This document shows, in pieces, positions 16,581 to 24,529 of a stretch of 39,730 nt of DNA; positions within the stretch are counted from its first letter, which is position 1, and each line of letters begins with the position of its first letter. The stretch covers positions 1 to 39,730 of the forward strand of contig JAGWYY010000001.1 of NCBI GenBank assembly GCA_018969105.1, written 5' to 3'. Position numbers and translations under genes: made by a program. The notes under the pieces were generated by a model. It worked only from the letters and a program-made list of their open reading frames with translations, did no database searches and was not told the DNA's origin. Origin of the DNA: Acidobacteriota bacterium (GTDB taxonomy: Bacteria; Actinomycetota; Thermoleophilia; Miltoncostaeales; Miltoncostaeaceae).

Positions 16581-17404
16581 GCGGCGGCCTCCACCGACCT
16601 CTCGGCGCGGAGGATCTCCTCCATCGCCAGGCGGCCCACGGCCAGCTGGTCCTCATCGGGCTCGCGGGTGACGAACCCGGCCTGTATCGCGTGGCCGCTC
16701 CAGTGCACCGCGCGCGACACCGGGTGACCCGGGTGGCGCTCGGCGAAGGCGAACGCCTCGACGGCCGCGCCGATGCCGGCGGCCATGGCCACCATTCGCC
16801 CGAGCAGCCGGGTACGCCGCGACGGCAGGCGGCGCGCCAGCAGGTTGCCGGCGGCCGTGGCCACCATGAGCGGCAGCACGAGGTTGCTGCCGCAGCGGTC
16901 GTGCTCCTTGGGCTCCGCCGCGTTGTGGGCGATGCCTGCCTCGCCGGCCCGCTCGTAGGCCGCGATGCTCTTGTGCTCCACGGCGTGCCACGCCGATGCG
17001 TCGGACGCCCGCAGCATCAGCAGCGACGGCGCGAGGCCCAGCACCGCCGCCGCGGCCTCCTGGGCGATGCCCGACCGGAGCAGCCGGCGGGATGCCGCCG
17101 TAGCGGCCATGGAGCCGGCCATCATCGGTGCCATCGGGGCGTCCTCCATGGCCAGTCGCGCCTCGGGCATGCCGGTGCGCACCGCGGGCAGCACCATGAG
17201 CATCTCGGCCATGCGCACCACGCCGCGGGTGAGCGGGATGCGCCCCAGGGGGCCGACGCTGAGGCGCGGCCTCGGGCCCGATGCCACGAGGGTACGGCCG
17301 TCGTCATCCACCACGGCGGCGGCCCACTGGCTGGGCCCGTGCACCATGAGGCCGTTGGCCAGCGCCATGCCGCCCAGGCGCATTCGTGAGGTGTCCGCGG
17401 CCAT
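16577..17404 (-). CDS. DUF1385-family protein
   Basis: GGMALANGLMVHG near the N-terminus, WHAVEHKSI, and a CGSNL motif, with hydrophobic helices. Confidence 0.75.
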   Translation of the reverse strand: MAADTSRMRLGGMALANGLMVHGPSQWAAAVVDDDGRTLVASGPRPRLSVGPLGRIPLTRGVVRMAEMLMVLPAVRTGMPEARLAMEDAPMAPMMAGSMAATAASRRLLRSGIAQEAAAAVLGLAPSLLMLRASDASAWHAVEHKSIAAYERAGEAGIAHNAAEPKEHDRCGSNLVLPLMVATAAGNLLARRLPSRRTRLLGRMVAMAAGIGAAVEAFAFAERHPGHPVSRAVHWSGHAIQAGFVTREPDEDQLAVGRLAMEEILRAERSVEAAA

Positions 17405-19119
17405 CAGGAATCCACGGTATCAGCGGCGCGCTTGGCCTCGGTGCGCCGCTCCTGGGCCAGCCGCCCGCCCTCGCCGGACATGTCCGTGAACTCCATGAGG
17501 CCCGCGATGCCGGGCTGCCCGGCGTGGTCGCGGATGGCCACCAGCATGTCCTGCGCCACGCGCCGGTAGGCGGCGTGGCCCTGTGGCTGGCTGCGGAGTT
17601 CGATGAGGTGCATGGCCTCGCGGGCGTTCATGCGCATGGCGAAGCGGATGCGGTGCGCCATGGTCACCGCGTAGGGCGCTTCCTCGGGCACCACCTCGCG
17701 CACCTCGCGCCACAGCGCTGCCGATGCCTCGTTCACCCGCGCGAACTCGTCTGCCAGCCCGGCGGCCTGCACGTCAGGTGATGGCTCCCAGCCGAGGTCG
17801 GCCCCGAGCGGCTGGGCCTCGAGGGTGAGGATGCGGTGGCGCTGCAGGTCGCGGTAGGCGCCGTAGTCGCAGGTGACCTCGAAGAGATACGACGTGGCCT
17901 CGAGTGCCCTCCCGGGTCGCTCGCGCCGGTCGGCGCGGCCCGCGGCCCAGTCGCCCAGCGCGGCACGCACGGCGGAGTCGTCGAGGGCGTCCACCCGCGC
18001 GCGCACCTCATCGAGCGTGCACCCCGACTCCGGCCACAGCGCATGCGCGAGCACGCGCCGCTCCCCGTCGGGGTCGTATTGCACGAGGGTGACTGTCACC
18101 GGAACGGTGACTGTCACCGGGGTTGGCGCCACCTCGACCCCCGTGACAGGCACCGTGCCGGTGCCAGTCACGCTCTGCCCACCCCCAGCCAGCCCCTCCC
18201 ACATCTCCGCCGCCCGCTCCTCCGTGGCGCGGCGGTATGCGCCCATGCGCTCGCCACGGTCGGGGCGGTCCACCCGGGTGAGGAAGTCGGGGATCACCTG
18301 GCGCAGCGCCACCAGCACCTGGTCGCCCACCTCGCGGGCCTCGGCCAGCGGATGGGCGCGCAGCCGGATGATCAGCTGCTCCCACGCCTGGCCCGATGCG
18401 TACACGCCGAGGTTGGCGGTGGTGGCCGCGGGCAGCAGCCCGCGCACGGCGTCGAGGGCACGGGCGCGCAGCGCCCTGCGGGCCGCGGCGTCGTCGGCGC
18501 CCGAGGCGTCGTTGGCCACCAGGTGGTCGAGCACCGCCTCGAACAGCCGCGAGTAGGTGGCGAAGGCGTCGTCGAGCACCGCCTCGTAGCGTGCCAGGAG
18601 TTCGGGGTGGGCCGAGATGCCGGGCGGACGCACGTACTTCCAGCGCCCGTCCACCATATCGGTGTAGGGCACGTACCGGGTGGACTGCTCGAGGTACGAC
18701 GCCAGGCGCCCCCACTCGATCACCTTGGTGAGCACGTTGCTCACGCCCTCCATGGCCACGTGCGCCCCGCCCAGCTGCGCCACGGAGTCGTCGCCATAGT
18801 CGGCGAGCACGCGCTGGAAGAACTCCCGCGCGCGGTCGGTGCCCACCTCGGGGTCGGCGGTTCCAACCCCCGTGACAGGCACCGTTCCGGTGCCAGTCAC
18901 GTGCCCTGCGTTTCCGGTGCCCGTCACGCTCTCCGTGGCCACGAATTCGTCGAGGAGGATCCGCCTCACCGAGTTCGGGCTTCGCGAGTAGCGGGCGAAG
19001 AGGGCGCCCTTCACCGCCTCGGGCAGGCCGCGCAGGGCGAACACCGGGCCCTCGGGGTCGGTCACATACGGCGCGACGCGCGCGCGCTCGTCGGCGCTCA
19101 GGTCGCCGCCCGCGCCCAT
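17404..19119 (-). CDS. thyX: Long-form (double-domain) FAD-dependent thymidylate synthase ThyX
   Basis: ALFARYSRSPNS in the N-terminal half. LQRHRILTLEAQ and HLIELRSQPQGHAAYR (ThyX RHR..S-type motif) in the C-terminal half. Contains two Val/Thr/Gly/Pro low-complexity inserts. Confidence 0.8.
   Translation of the reverse strand: MGAGGDLSADERARVAPYVTDPEGPVFALRGLPEAVKGALFARYSRSPNSVRRILLDEFVATESVTGTGNAGHVTGTGTVPVTGVGTADPEVGTDRAREFFQRVLADYGDDSVAQLGGAHVAMEGVSNVLTKVIEWGRLASYLEQSTRYVPYTDMVDGRWKYVRPPGISAHPELLARYEAVLDDAFATYSRLFEAVLDHLVANDASGADDAAARRALRARALDAVRGLLPAATTANLGVYASGQAWEQLIIRLRAHPLAEAREVGDQVLVALRQVIPDFLTRVDRPDRGERMGAYRRATEERAAEMWEGLAGGGQSVTGTGTVPVTGVEVAPTPVTVTVPVTVTLVQYDPDGERRVLAHALWPESGCTLDEVRARVDALDDSAVRAALGDWAAGRADRRERPGRALEATSYLFEVTCDYGAYRDLQRHRILTLEAQPLGADLGWEPSPDVQAAGLADEFARVNEASAALWREVREVVPEEAPYAVTMAHRIRFAMRMNAREAMHLIELRSQPQGHAAYRRVAQDMLVAIRDHAGQPGIAGLMEFTDMSGEGGRLAQERRTEAKRAADTVDS
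18088..18176. repeat. GTGAC/GTCAC-rich repeat block inside thyX (copy 1)
   Basis: GGTGACTGTCACCGG occurs twice (18088-18102 and 18106-18120). It is followed by cccccgtgacaggcaccgtgccggtgccagtcacgctct (18138-18176). The block encodes SVTGTGTVPVTGVEVAPTPVTVTVPVTVT. Confidence 0.9.
18867..18932. repeat. GTGAC/GTCAC-rich repeat block inside thyX (copy 2)
   Basis: 18867-18900 matches 18138-18171 at 33 of 34 nt. 18914-18932 (ccggtgcccgtcacgctct) matches 18158-18176 at 18 of 19 nt. The block is 66 nt, in frame, and encodes SVTGTGNAGHVTGTGTVPVTGV. Confidence 0.9.
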
Positions 19120-19123
19120 CGGG

Positions 19124-19792
19124 CTATCCGAGCTCGTCGGGCTCGGTGGGAACCGCCAGCTCGCGCCGGCCGGCGAAGAGATCGTTCAGGCGGTCGCGCA
19201 GCTCGAGGTCGCCGTGGTAGCGGGCCACCAGCGCCCACTCGTCGCCGAGCAGCAGCGGCACGCCTCCCACCTCGCGGTCGTCGTCGGGGATGTCCTCATC
19301 CACGTCGAGCGGGATCTCCGTGATGTGGTGGCCCGTCGCATCGACGAAGAAGTAGTCGTTCAGCCGGTCGCGGATGTCGGCATCGGGGCAGGTGACCGCC
19401 ATCTCGGCCCAGGCCGCGGCGAGCAGCGCAACGTCCCCGCGCCGCGTGCGCACCACGGCGCGCTCGTGGTCGTGGTCGCCGTGCGTGTGCCACGAGACCT
19501 CCTCGGTGAGCCCGCCGTCCAGCTGTTGCTCGAGCCGGTGCGACACGCCCTCGCGGATGAGCGAGGCGCGGATGGCGAAGACCTCCTCATCGGCGTCGTC
19601 GGGGAGCGACACGCGGAACACCTCGTCGCCCAAGGCCGTGCCGCCGTAGCGGACGATGATCTCGGCCACGGTGCGCAGGGGGTCGTCGGCCTTCCCCTGG
19701 GCGCGGTCGCCCGACGACTCGGCCTCCGCGTAGCGGAACAGCCGGCGGAAGTCGCCCGCCGACATCGGACCCACCTGCACCTCGATGCTCAC
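19124..19792 (-). CDS. Acidic hypothetical protein
   Basis: GTG 19792 overlaps the rarA stop as GTGA. Normal coding composition. Internal duplicated motif IRDRLNDYF / LRDRLNDLF and a His cluster WHTHGDHDHE. Confidence 0.6.
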   Translation of the reverse strand: MSIEVQVGPMSAGDFRRLFRYAEAESSGDRAQGKADDPLRTVAEIIVRYGGTALGDEVFRVSLPDDADEEVFAIRASLIREGVSHRLEQQLDGGLTEEVSWHTHGDHDHERAVVRTRRGDVALLAAAWAEMAVTCPDADIRDRLNDYFFVDATGHHITEIPLDVDEDIPDDDREVGGVPLLLGDEWALVARYHGDLELRDRLNDLFAGRRELAVPTEPDELG

Positions 19793-21123
19793 CCGTCGTC
19801 CTCCACGTCGCCTGACGGCGGCATGGTGTCAAACCCGGCGGCGCCCCGCGCCCGGGCGCGCAGGGCCGCGAGCCGTGCCGCGAGCTCGCCCTCGGGGCCC
19901 ACGCCACCGGGCTCGTAGAGGCGCAGGTCCTCGAGTCCGTCGGGCATGCAGGACTCCCCGGTGACGCGCCCCGGGGCGCCGTGCGGGTTCACGTAGCCCT
20001 CGCCATGGCCGAGGTTGCGCCGGTTCGTGGAGCTGGCGTCGCGCAGCGCGATGGGTGGCACCCGCGCGCCCTCGCCCTGCACCTGCGCGATGGCGGCGTC
20101 GATGCCCCGGTAGGCGGCGTCGCTCTTCGGTGCCAGCGCCAGGTAGGTGGCGGCCTGGGCCAGGTTGATGCGCGCCTCGGGCAGCCCCACGAACTCCAGC
20201 GCCCGGGCGGCGGCCACCGCCACCTCGAGCGCGCGCGGGTCGGCGTTGCCGATGTCCTCGCTGGCCGCCACGATCATGCGCCGCGCGATGAACTTCGGGT
20301 CCTCGCCGCCCTCGAGCATCACGGCCATCCAGTAGAGCGCGGCGTCCGGATCGCTGCCGCGCAGCGACTTGATGAACGCCGAGATCACGTTGTAGTGCTG
20401 GTCGCCGTCCTTGTCGTACACCACGGCCCGTCCGCCGGCGGCCCGCTCCACCACGGCGGGGGTCACCGGTCCGTCACCCGCCAGCCCCGCGGATGCCTCG
20501 AGCAGGTTGAGCGCGTAGCGGGCATCGCCGCCGGCCATGCGCGCGATCACCTCGCGGGCCTCCGGCTCCACGGTCACCGTGCCGCCGAGCCCCCGCTCAT
20601 CGGCCATCGCGCGCTCCACCAACCCGAGGATGTCCTCGGGCGAGAGCGACTCCAGCTGCAGCACGCGCATGCGCGACACCAGCGCGGCGTTCACCTCGTA
20701 GTACGGGTTCTCGGTGGTGGCGCCGATCAGCACCACCAGGCCGTCCTCCACCGCGGGCAGCAGGGCGTCCTGCTGGCTCTTGGTGAAGCGGTGGATCTCG
20801 TCGATGAAGAGCACCGTGCGCGTGCCGGCGGCCAGGCGGTCGCGCGCGCGTTGCATGACGGCGCGCACGTCGGCCAGCCCGGCCGACACCGCCGAGAGCT
20901 CCTCGAACTCCGCCCGCGTGCTGGTGGCCACGACGCGTGCCAAGGTGGTCTTGCCGGTGCCGGGCGGGCCGTAGAGGATGAGCGAGGGCACGTCGTCGTC
21001 GGCGATCGCCCGGCGCAGGAAGCCCTCGGGGCCCAGGTGGTCGGCGTGGCCCGCGACCTCGTCGAGGGATGCCGGCCGCATGCGCGCGGCCAGCGGGCGC
21101 GTGCCCTTGAGCGTCTGCTCCAC
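19789..21123 (-). CDS. rarA: Replication-associated recombination protein RarA/MgsA (AAA+)
   Basis: [45 protein letters not shown], and a C-terminal MgsA domain ([25 protein letters not shown]). The start is given at GTG 21123. A CTG at 21156 would add [12 protein letters not shown]. Confidence 0.9.
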   Translation of the reverse strand: MEQTLKGTRPLAARMRPASLDEVAGHADHLGPEGFLRRAIADDDVPSLILYGPPGTGKTTLARVVATSTRAEFEELSAVSAGLADVRAVMQRARDRLAAGTRTVLFIDEIHRFTKSQQDALLPAVEDGLVVLIGATTENPYYEVNAALVSRMRVLQLESLSPEDILGLVERAMADERGLGGTVTVEPEAREVIARMAGGDARYALNLLEASAGLAGDGPVTPAVVERAAGGRAVVYDKDGDQHYNVISAFIKSLRGSDPDAALYWMAVMLEGGEDPKFIARRMIVAASEDIGNADPRALEVAVAAARALEFVGLPEARINLAQAATYLALAPKSDAAYRGIDAAIAQVQGEGARVPPIALRDASSTNRRNLGHGEGYVNPHGAPGRVTGESCMPDGLEDLRLYEPGGVGPEGELAARLAALRARARGAAGFDTMPPSGDVEDDG

Positions 21124-21152
21124 GGCGTCGCCGAACAGGTCCGGTGCGTTGG

Positions 21153-21482
21153 TCAGGGCCGGCCCCCGCCCGTGCCGCCCGTGCCGTCGGCGGCGTCATC
21201 CGGCGTGATGTCCTCCGGCCCCACCGCATCGGGCAGTGGCTGGCCGGGGTTCGCCCGCATCCACGACACCCTGAGGAAGAGGTCGCGGTCGGTGATGTCC
21301 GGCTCGAGGTCGAACGTGGTCATGCACAGCGGGCAGAGCGTGGCGTTCGCGAACTCGGGGATGCCGTCCTGATCGGTCTTGCCGGTGGGGAAGAGCACCA
21401 GATCGCCCCAGCACTCGGGCGTGATGCACCGCACCCGGGCGTCGGGGTTCACGAATTCGCTCTTCGGGATGGTCTGTGACAC
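21153..21482 (-). CDS. Small 4-Cys (zinc-ribbon-like) protein
   Basis: GGAGGGG lies about 9 nt upstream of GTG 21482. Cys pattern CITPEC...CPLC. Acidic, Gly-rich tail. The stop overlaps the candidate rarA CTG. Confidence 0.6.
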   Translation of the reverse strand: MSQTIPKSEFVNPDARVRCITPECWGDLVLFPTGKTDQDGIPEFANATLCPLCMTTFDLEPDITDRDLFLRVSWMRANPGQPLPDAVGPEDITPDDAADGTGGTGGGRP

Positions 21483-21570
21483 GCCGTTCGCCCCTCCATG
21501 CCGCCATTCGCCCGGTATGGTCGGCGGCCCTCCGGGGTTCCGAGGTTACGCCCCCGGCAGCCCTCGCGGG

Positions 21571-21600
21571 CTAATTGCTACTATTACCGCTGGTTTTTCA
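21571..21600. promoter_or_regulatory. AT-rich island in a divergent intergenic region (candidate promoter)
   Basis: ctaattgctactattaccgctggtttttca stands out in a GC-rich intergenic region between genes starting at 21482 (-) and 21630 (+). TACTAT fits a TANNNT -10. No convincing -35. Confidence 0.25.
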
Positions 21601-21629
21601 GGGAAACGAGCAACGAGGCGAGCAACCGC

Positions 21630-22820
21630 ATGTCCCCGAGCTATCAGGACCTCCTCGCGACGGCACGCGAGGTAATCCCCGAGGTGGAGCCCTCCGAGGT
21701 GGCGCCGAGGGTCGAGGCCGGCGACGGCCCGCTCATCATCGACGTCCGCGAGACCGCGGAGTGGGACCAGGGGCACCTGCCCGGCGCCGTGCACATCCCG
21801 CGCGGGTTCCTCGAGAGCCGCGTGGCGGGCGCGACCAGCGGCACCGACCAGGAGCTGCTCATCTCGTGCGCCAGCGGCCAGCGCTCCCTGCTCGCCGCCA
21901 AGACGCTCGCCGACATGGGCTACACGAACGTCACCAACCTGGCCGGCGGCTTCGCCCGCTGGAAGCAGAACAACTACCCCGTCGAGGTGCCGCGCATCCT
22001 CAGCCCGGCGCAGCGCTCGCGCTACTCGCGCCACGTGCTCATCCCCGAGGTGGGGGAGGAGGGCCAGCTCAAGCTGCTCGACAGCAAGGCCCTGCTCATC
22101 GGCGCCGGCGGCCTGGGCTCGCCCGCCGCGTACTACCTGGCCGCGGCCGGCGTGGGCACCATCGGCCTCGTGGATGACGACGAGGTGGACGAGAGCAACC
22201 TGCAGCGGCAGATCATCCACACCACCGAGCGCGTCGGCATGAACAAGGGCGAGAGCGCGAAGGAGGCCATCCGCGCGCTCAACCCCGAGGTGCAGGTGAA
22301 CGTCCACCCCTTCCGCGTGAACCGGGACAACGTGCTCGACCTGCTCGAGCAGTACGACGTGGTGGTGGACGGCGCCGACAACTTCCCCACGCGCTACCTG
22401 CTGGCCGACGCCTCGCTGATGACGCGCACCCCGCTGGTGCACGCGAGCATCCTGCGCTTCGAGGGCCACGCATCGGTGTTCAACCCCTACGACGGGCCCT
22501 GCTACCGGTGCCTGTTCCCGGAGCCGCCGCCGCCCGACCTCGCGCCCTCGTGCGGCGAGGCCGGCGTGCTCGGCGTGCTCTGCGGCGTGATGGGCAACAT
22601 CCAGGCCACCGAGGCCATCAAGGTGCTGCTGGGCATCGGCGACACCCTCTCGGGCCGCCTGCTCATCTACGACGCCCTCGGCATGACCTTCACCGAGCTC
22701 AAGGTGCGGCGCGACCCGGACTGCCCGTCGTGCGGCCCCAACGCCGACCTGCAGCTGCGCGACTACGAGGCCTGGTGCGCGGGCGTCGGCAGCCACGACC
22801 ACGTGGGTGCCACCGCGTGA
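21630..22820 (+). CDS. Sulfur-carrier adenylyltransferase/sulfurtransferase (MoeZ/MoeB-like E1) with an N-terminal rhodanese domain
   Basis: ATG 21630 lies inside the chimeric ORF 21498..22820. Rhodanese part: LIIDVRE..EW..GHLPGAVHIP, active loop CASGQRS. E1 part: LLIGAGGLGSPAAYYLAAAGVG, DDDEVDESNLQRQ, CYRC...CPSC zinc site, catalytic PSCGEAGVLG. Confidence 0.85.
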   Translation: MSPSYQDLLATAREVIPEVEPSEVAPRVEAGDGPLIIDVRETAEWDQGHLPGAVHIPRGFLESRVAGATSGTDQELLISCASGQRSLLAAKTLADMGYTNVTNLAGGFARWKQNNYPVEVPRILSPAQRSRYSRHVLIPEVGEEGQLKLLDSKALLIGAGGLGSPAAYYLAAAGVGTIGLVDDDEVDESNLQRQIIHTTERVGMNKGESAKEAIRALNPEVQVNVHPFRVNRDNVLDLLEQYDVVVDGADNFPTRYLLADASLMTRTPLVHASILRFEGHASVFNPYDGPCYRCLFPEPPPPDLAPSCGEAGVLGVLCGVMGNIQATEAIKVLLGIGDTLSGRLLIYDALGMTFTELKVRRDPDCPSCGPNADLQLRDYEAWCAGVGSHDHVGATA

Positions 22821-23095
22821 GCACCGTGAAGATCCCTCCGGTGCTCAGGCAGGCCGTGGGCGGGGAGCGCACCGTCGACGTCTCGGGCGAGACGGTGGGG
22901 GAGGTGCTCACCAACCTGTGTGATCAGCACCCGGCCGTGGGGGCGCAGATCCTCACGCCCGACGGCGAGCTGCACAAGTACGTGAACGTCTACGTGAACG
23001 ACGAGGACGCCCGCCTGCTGCAGTGGACCGACACCCCGGTGGGCGACGGCGACACCCTGATGATCCTTCCCGCCATGGCGGGGGGCGCCCGATGA
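22817..23095 (+). CDS. cysO: CysO/ThiS/MoaD-family sulfur carrier protein ending ..AGGAR
   Basis: GTG 22817 overlaps the upstream stop as GTGA. VKIPPVLRQAVGGERTVDVSGETVGEVL..HKYVNVYVNDEDAR..GDTLMILPAMAGGAR closely parallels my recollection of M. tuberculosis CysO (IPTILR..FVNIYVNDEDVR..ILPAVAGG). Confidence 0.85.
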   Translation: MSTVKIPPVLRQAVGGERTVDVSGETVGEVLTNLCDQHPAVGAQILTPDGELHKYVNVYVNDEDARLLQWTDTPVGDGDTLMILPAMAGGAR

Positions 23096-24057
23096 GCCGC
23101 ACCGGACTGGAGGCCCCTCCCCAGGAGGTGTCCGAGGACGTCGTGGCCTCCATCGGCGAGACGCCGCTCATCGACGTCTCGAGCCTGTCGCCCAACCCCG
23201 ACGTGCGCATCCTCGCGAAGATGGAGAGCCACAACCCCACGGGCTCCATCAAGGACCGCACCGCCAAGAGCCTCATCGACGACGCCGAGGAGCGCGGGAT
23301 CATCCGCCCCGGCGACACCATCATGGAGCCGACCTCCGGCAACACCGGCATCTCGCTGGCCATGATCTCCCGGGTGCGTGGCTACAAGCTCGTCGCGGTG
23401 ATGCCCGACAACGTCACCGAGGAGCGCCGGCGCCTGCTGCAGATCTACGGCGCGGAGATCATCGAGAGCCCGGGCGAGACCGGCTCGAACGGCTCGGTGG
23501 AGATGGCCAAGCGGCTGTCGGAGGAGGAGGGCATCCCGATGCTCTACCAGTACGGCAACCCGGCCAACCCGCGCGCCCACTACGAGGGCACGGCGTCCGA
23601 GATCGTGCGCGACTGCCCCGAGATCGACGCCTTCGTGGCCGGCCTCGGCACCGGCGGCACCCTCATGGGGTCGTCGCGCCGCCTCAAGGAGCACCGCGCC
23701 GACATCCAGATCATCGCCTGCGAGCCCATGCAGGGCGACCCGGTGAGCGGCCTGCGAAGCCTCGATGACGGCTTCATCCCGCCGATCCTCGACATCTCGC
23801 GCCTCGACCGCAAGCTGCTGGTCGAGAACATGGACGCCATCGTCATGACCCGTCGCCTCGCTGATGAGCACGGCATCTTCGCCGGGGTCTCGAGCGGCGC
23901 GGTGTTCCACACCTGCGCGCGCGTGGCCAAGGGGATGGACGAGGGCACCATCGTCGGCATCGTGTGCGACGGCGGGTGGAAGTACCTCTCGGCCGGCATC
24001 TGGACCGACGAGATCGAGGCCGTCGAGGAGACCCTCGACAACGGCGTCTTCTGGTAG
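23092..24057 (+). CDS. cysM: Cysteine synthase (CysM-type PLP enzyme)
   Basis: ATG 23092 overlaps the cysO stop as ATGA. Motifs NPTGSIKDR, TSGNTGISLA, GLGTGGT, GVSSGA. Confidence 0.9.
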   Translation: MSRTGLEAPPQEVSEDVVASIGETPLIDVSSLSPNPDVRILAKMESHNPTGSIKDRTAKSLIDDAEERGIIRPGDTIMEPTSGNTGISLAMISRVRGYKLVAVMPDNVTEERRRLLQIYGAEIIESPGETGSNGSVEMAKRLSEEEGIPMLYQYGNPANPRAHYEGTASEIVRDCPEIDAFVAGLGTGGTLMGSSRRLKEHRADIQIIACEPMQGDPVSGLRSLDDGFIPPILDISRLDRKLLVENMDAIVMTRRLADEHGIFAGVSSGAVFHTCARVAKGMDEGTIVGIVCDGGWKYLSAGIWTDEIEAVEETLDNGVFW

Positions 24058-24070
24058 CCGCACCGACGCC

Positions 24071-24487
24071 GTGAAGCTTCCCCAGGCGCTGGCCGACCAG
24101 GTGATCGCGCACGCCCGCGCGGAGTTCCCCAACGAGTGCTGCGGCCTCATCGCCGGGCAGGGCGACGAGGCCACCCGCGTGCTGCCCACCACCAACGCCG
24201 AGGGCACGCCGTTCATGTACGTCATGGACCCGCGCGAGCAGATGGAGCTCATGGACGCCATCGACGACGCCGGCGAGGACCTCGTGGCCATCTACCACTC
24301 GCACACCCGCTCGGCGGCCTACCCCTCGAAGACCGACGTGGAGCTGGCGTTCTTCGACCAGCCGCTCTACGTGATCGTGTCGCTGCAGGATCCCGACCAG
24401 CCGGTGATCCGCGCCTACCGCCTGGCGCGATCGGCCCCCGAGGGCGAGCAGATCGCCGAGGAGCCGGTGGAGATCACCTCGCGGTGA
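24071..24487 (+). CDS. mec: JAMM/MPN+ metalloprotease Mec
   Basis: GTG 24071 lies inside the chimeric ORF 23864..24487. Motifs ECCGL and YHSHTRSAAYPSKTD (HxHx7Sx2D JAMM motif). Confidence 0.85.
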   Translation: MKLPQALADQVIAHARAEFPNECCGLIAGQGDEATRVLPTTNAEGTPFMYVMDPREQMELMDAIDDAGEDLVAIYHSHTRSAAYPSKTDVELAFFDQPLYVIVSLQDPDQPVIRAYRLARSAPEGEQIAEEPVEITSR

Positions 24488-24529
24488 TCTCCGCGGGGCC
24501 CGCTGCCGCGCGGGCGCCGGCCCGCGACA

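Noticed and set aside
18088-18176. Interpreting the GTGAC...GTCAC palindromes in thyX as functional hairpins or protein-binding sites.
   Set aside because: Val-Thr dipeptides encoded GTG-AC and GTC-AC are reverse complements of each other. Any (VT)n stretch is therefore automatically palindromic. The notable signal is the near-identical long repeat, not the palindromy.
21483-21629. Possible SAM or other riboswitch in the 147-nt region upstream of the cysteine-pathway operon.
   Set aside because: I could not recognise any conserved riboswitch core, only short GC stems (CCGGGG/CCCCGG). The AT-rich promoter-like island would leave a leader of only about 30-40 nt.
22505-22515. ccggtgcctgt (reverse complement acaggcaccgg) as a further copy of the thyX repeat.
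   Set aside because: The match is only 11 nt. It encodes the conserved CYRCLF zinc-site motif of the E1 enzyme, so the similarity is coincidental.
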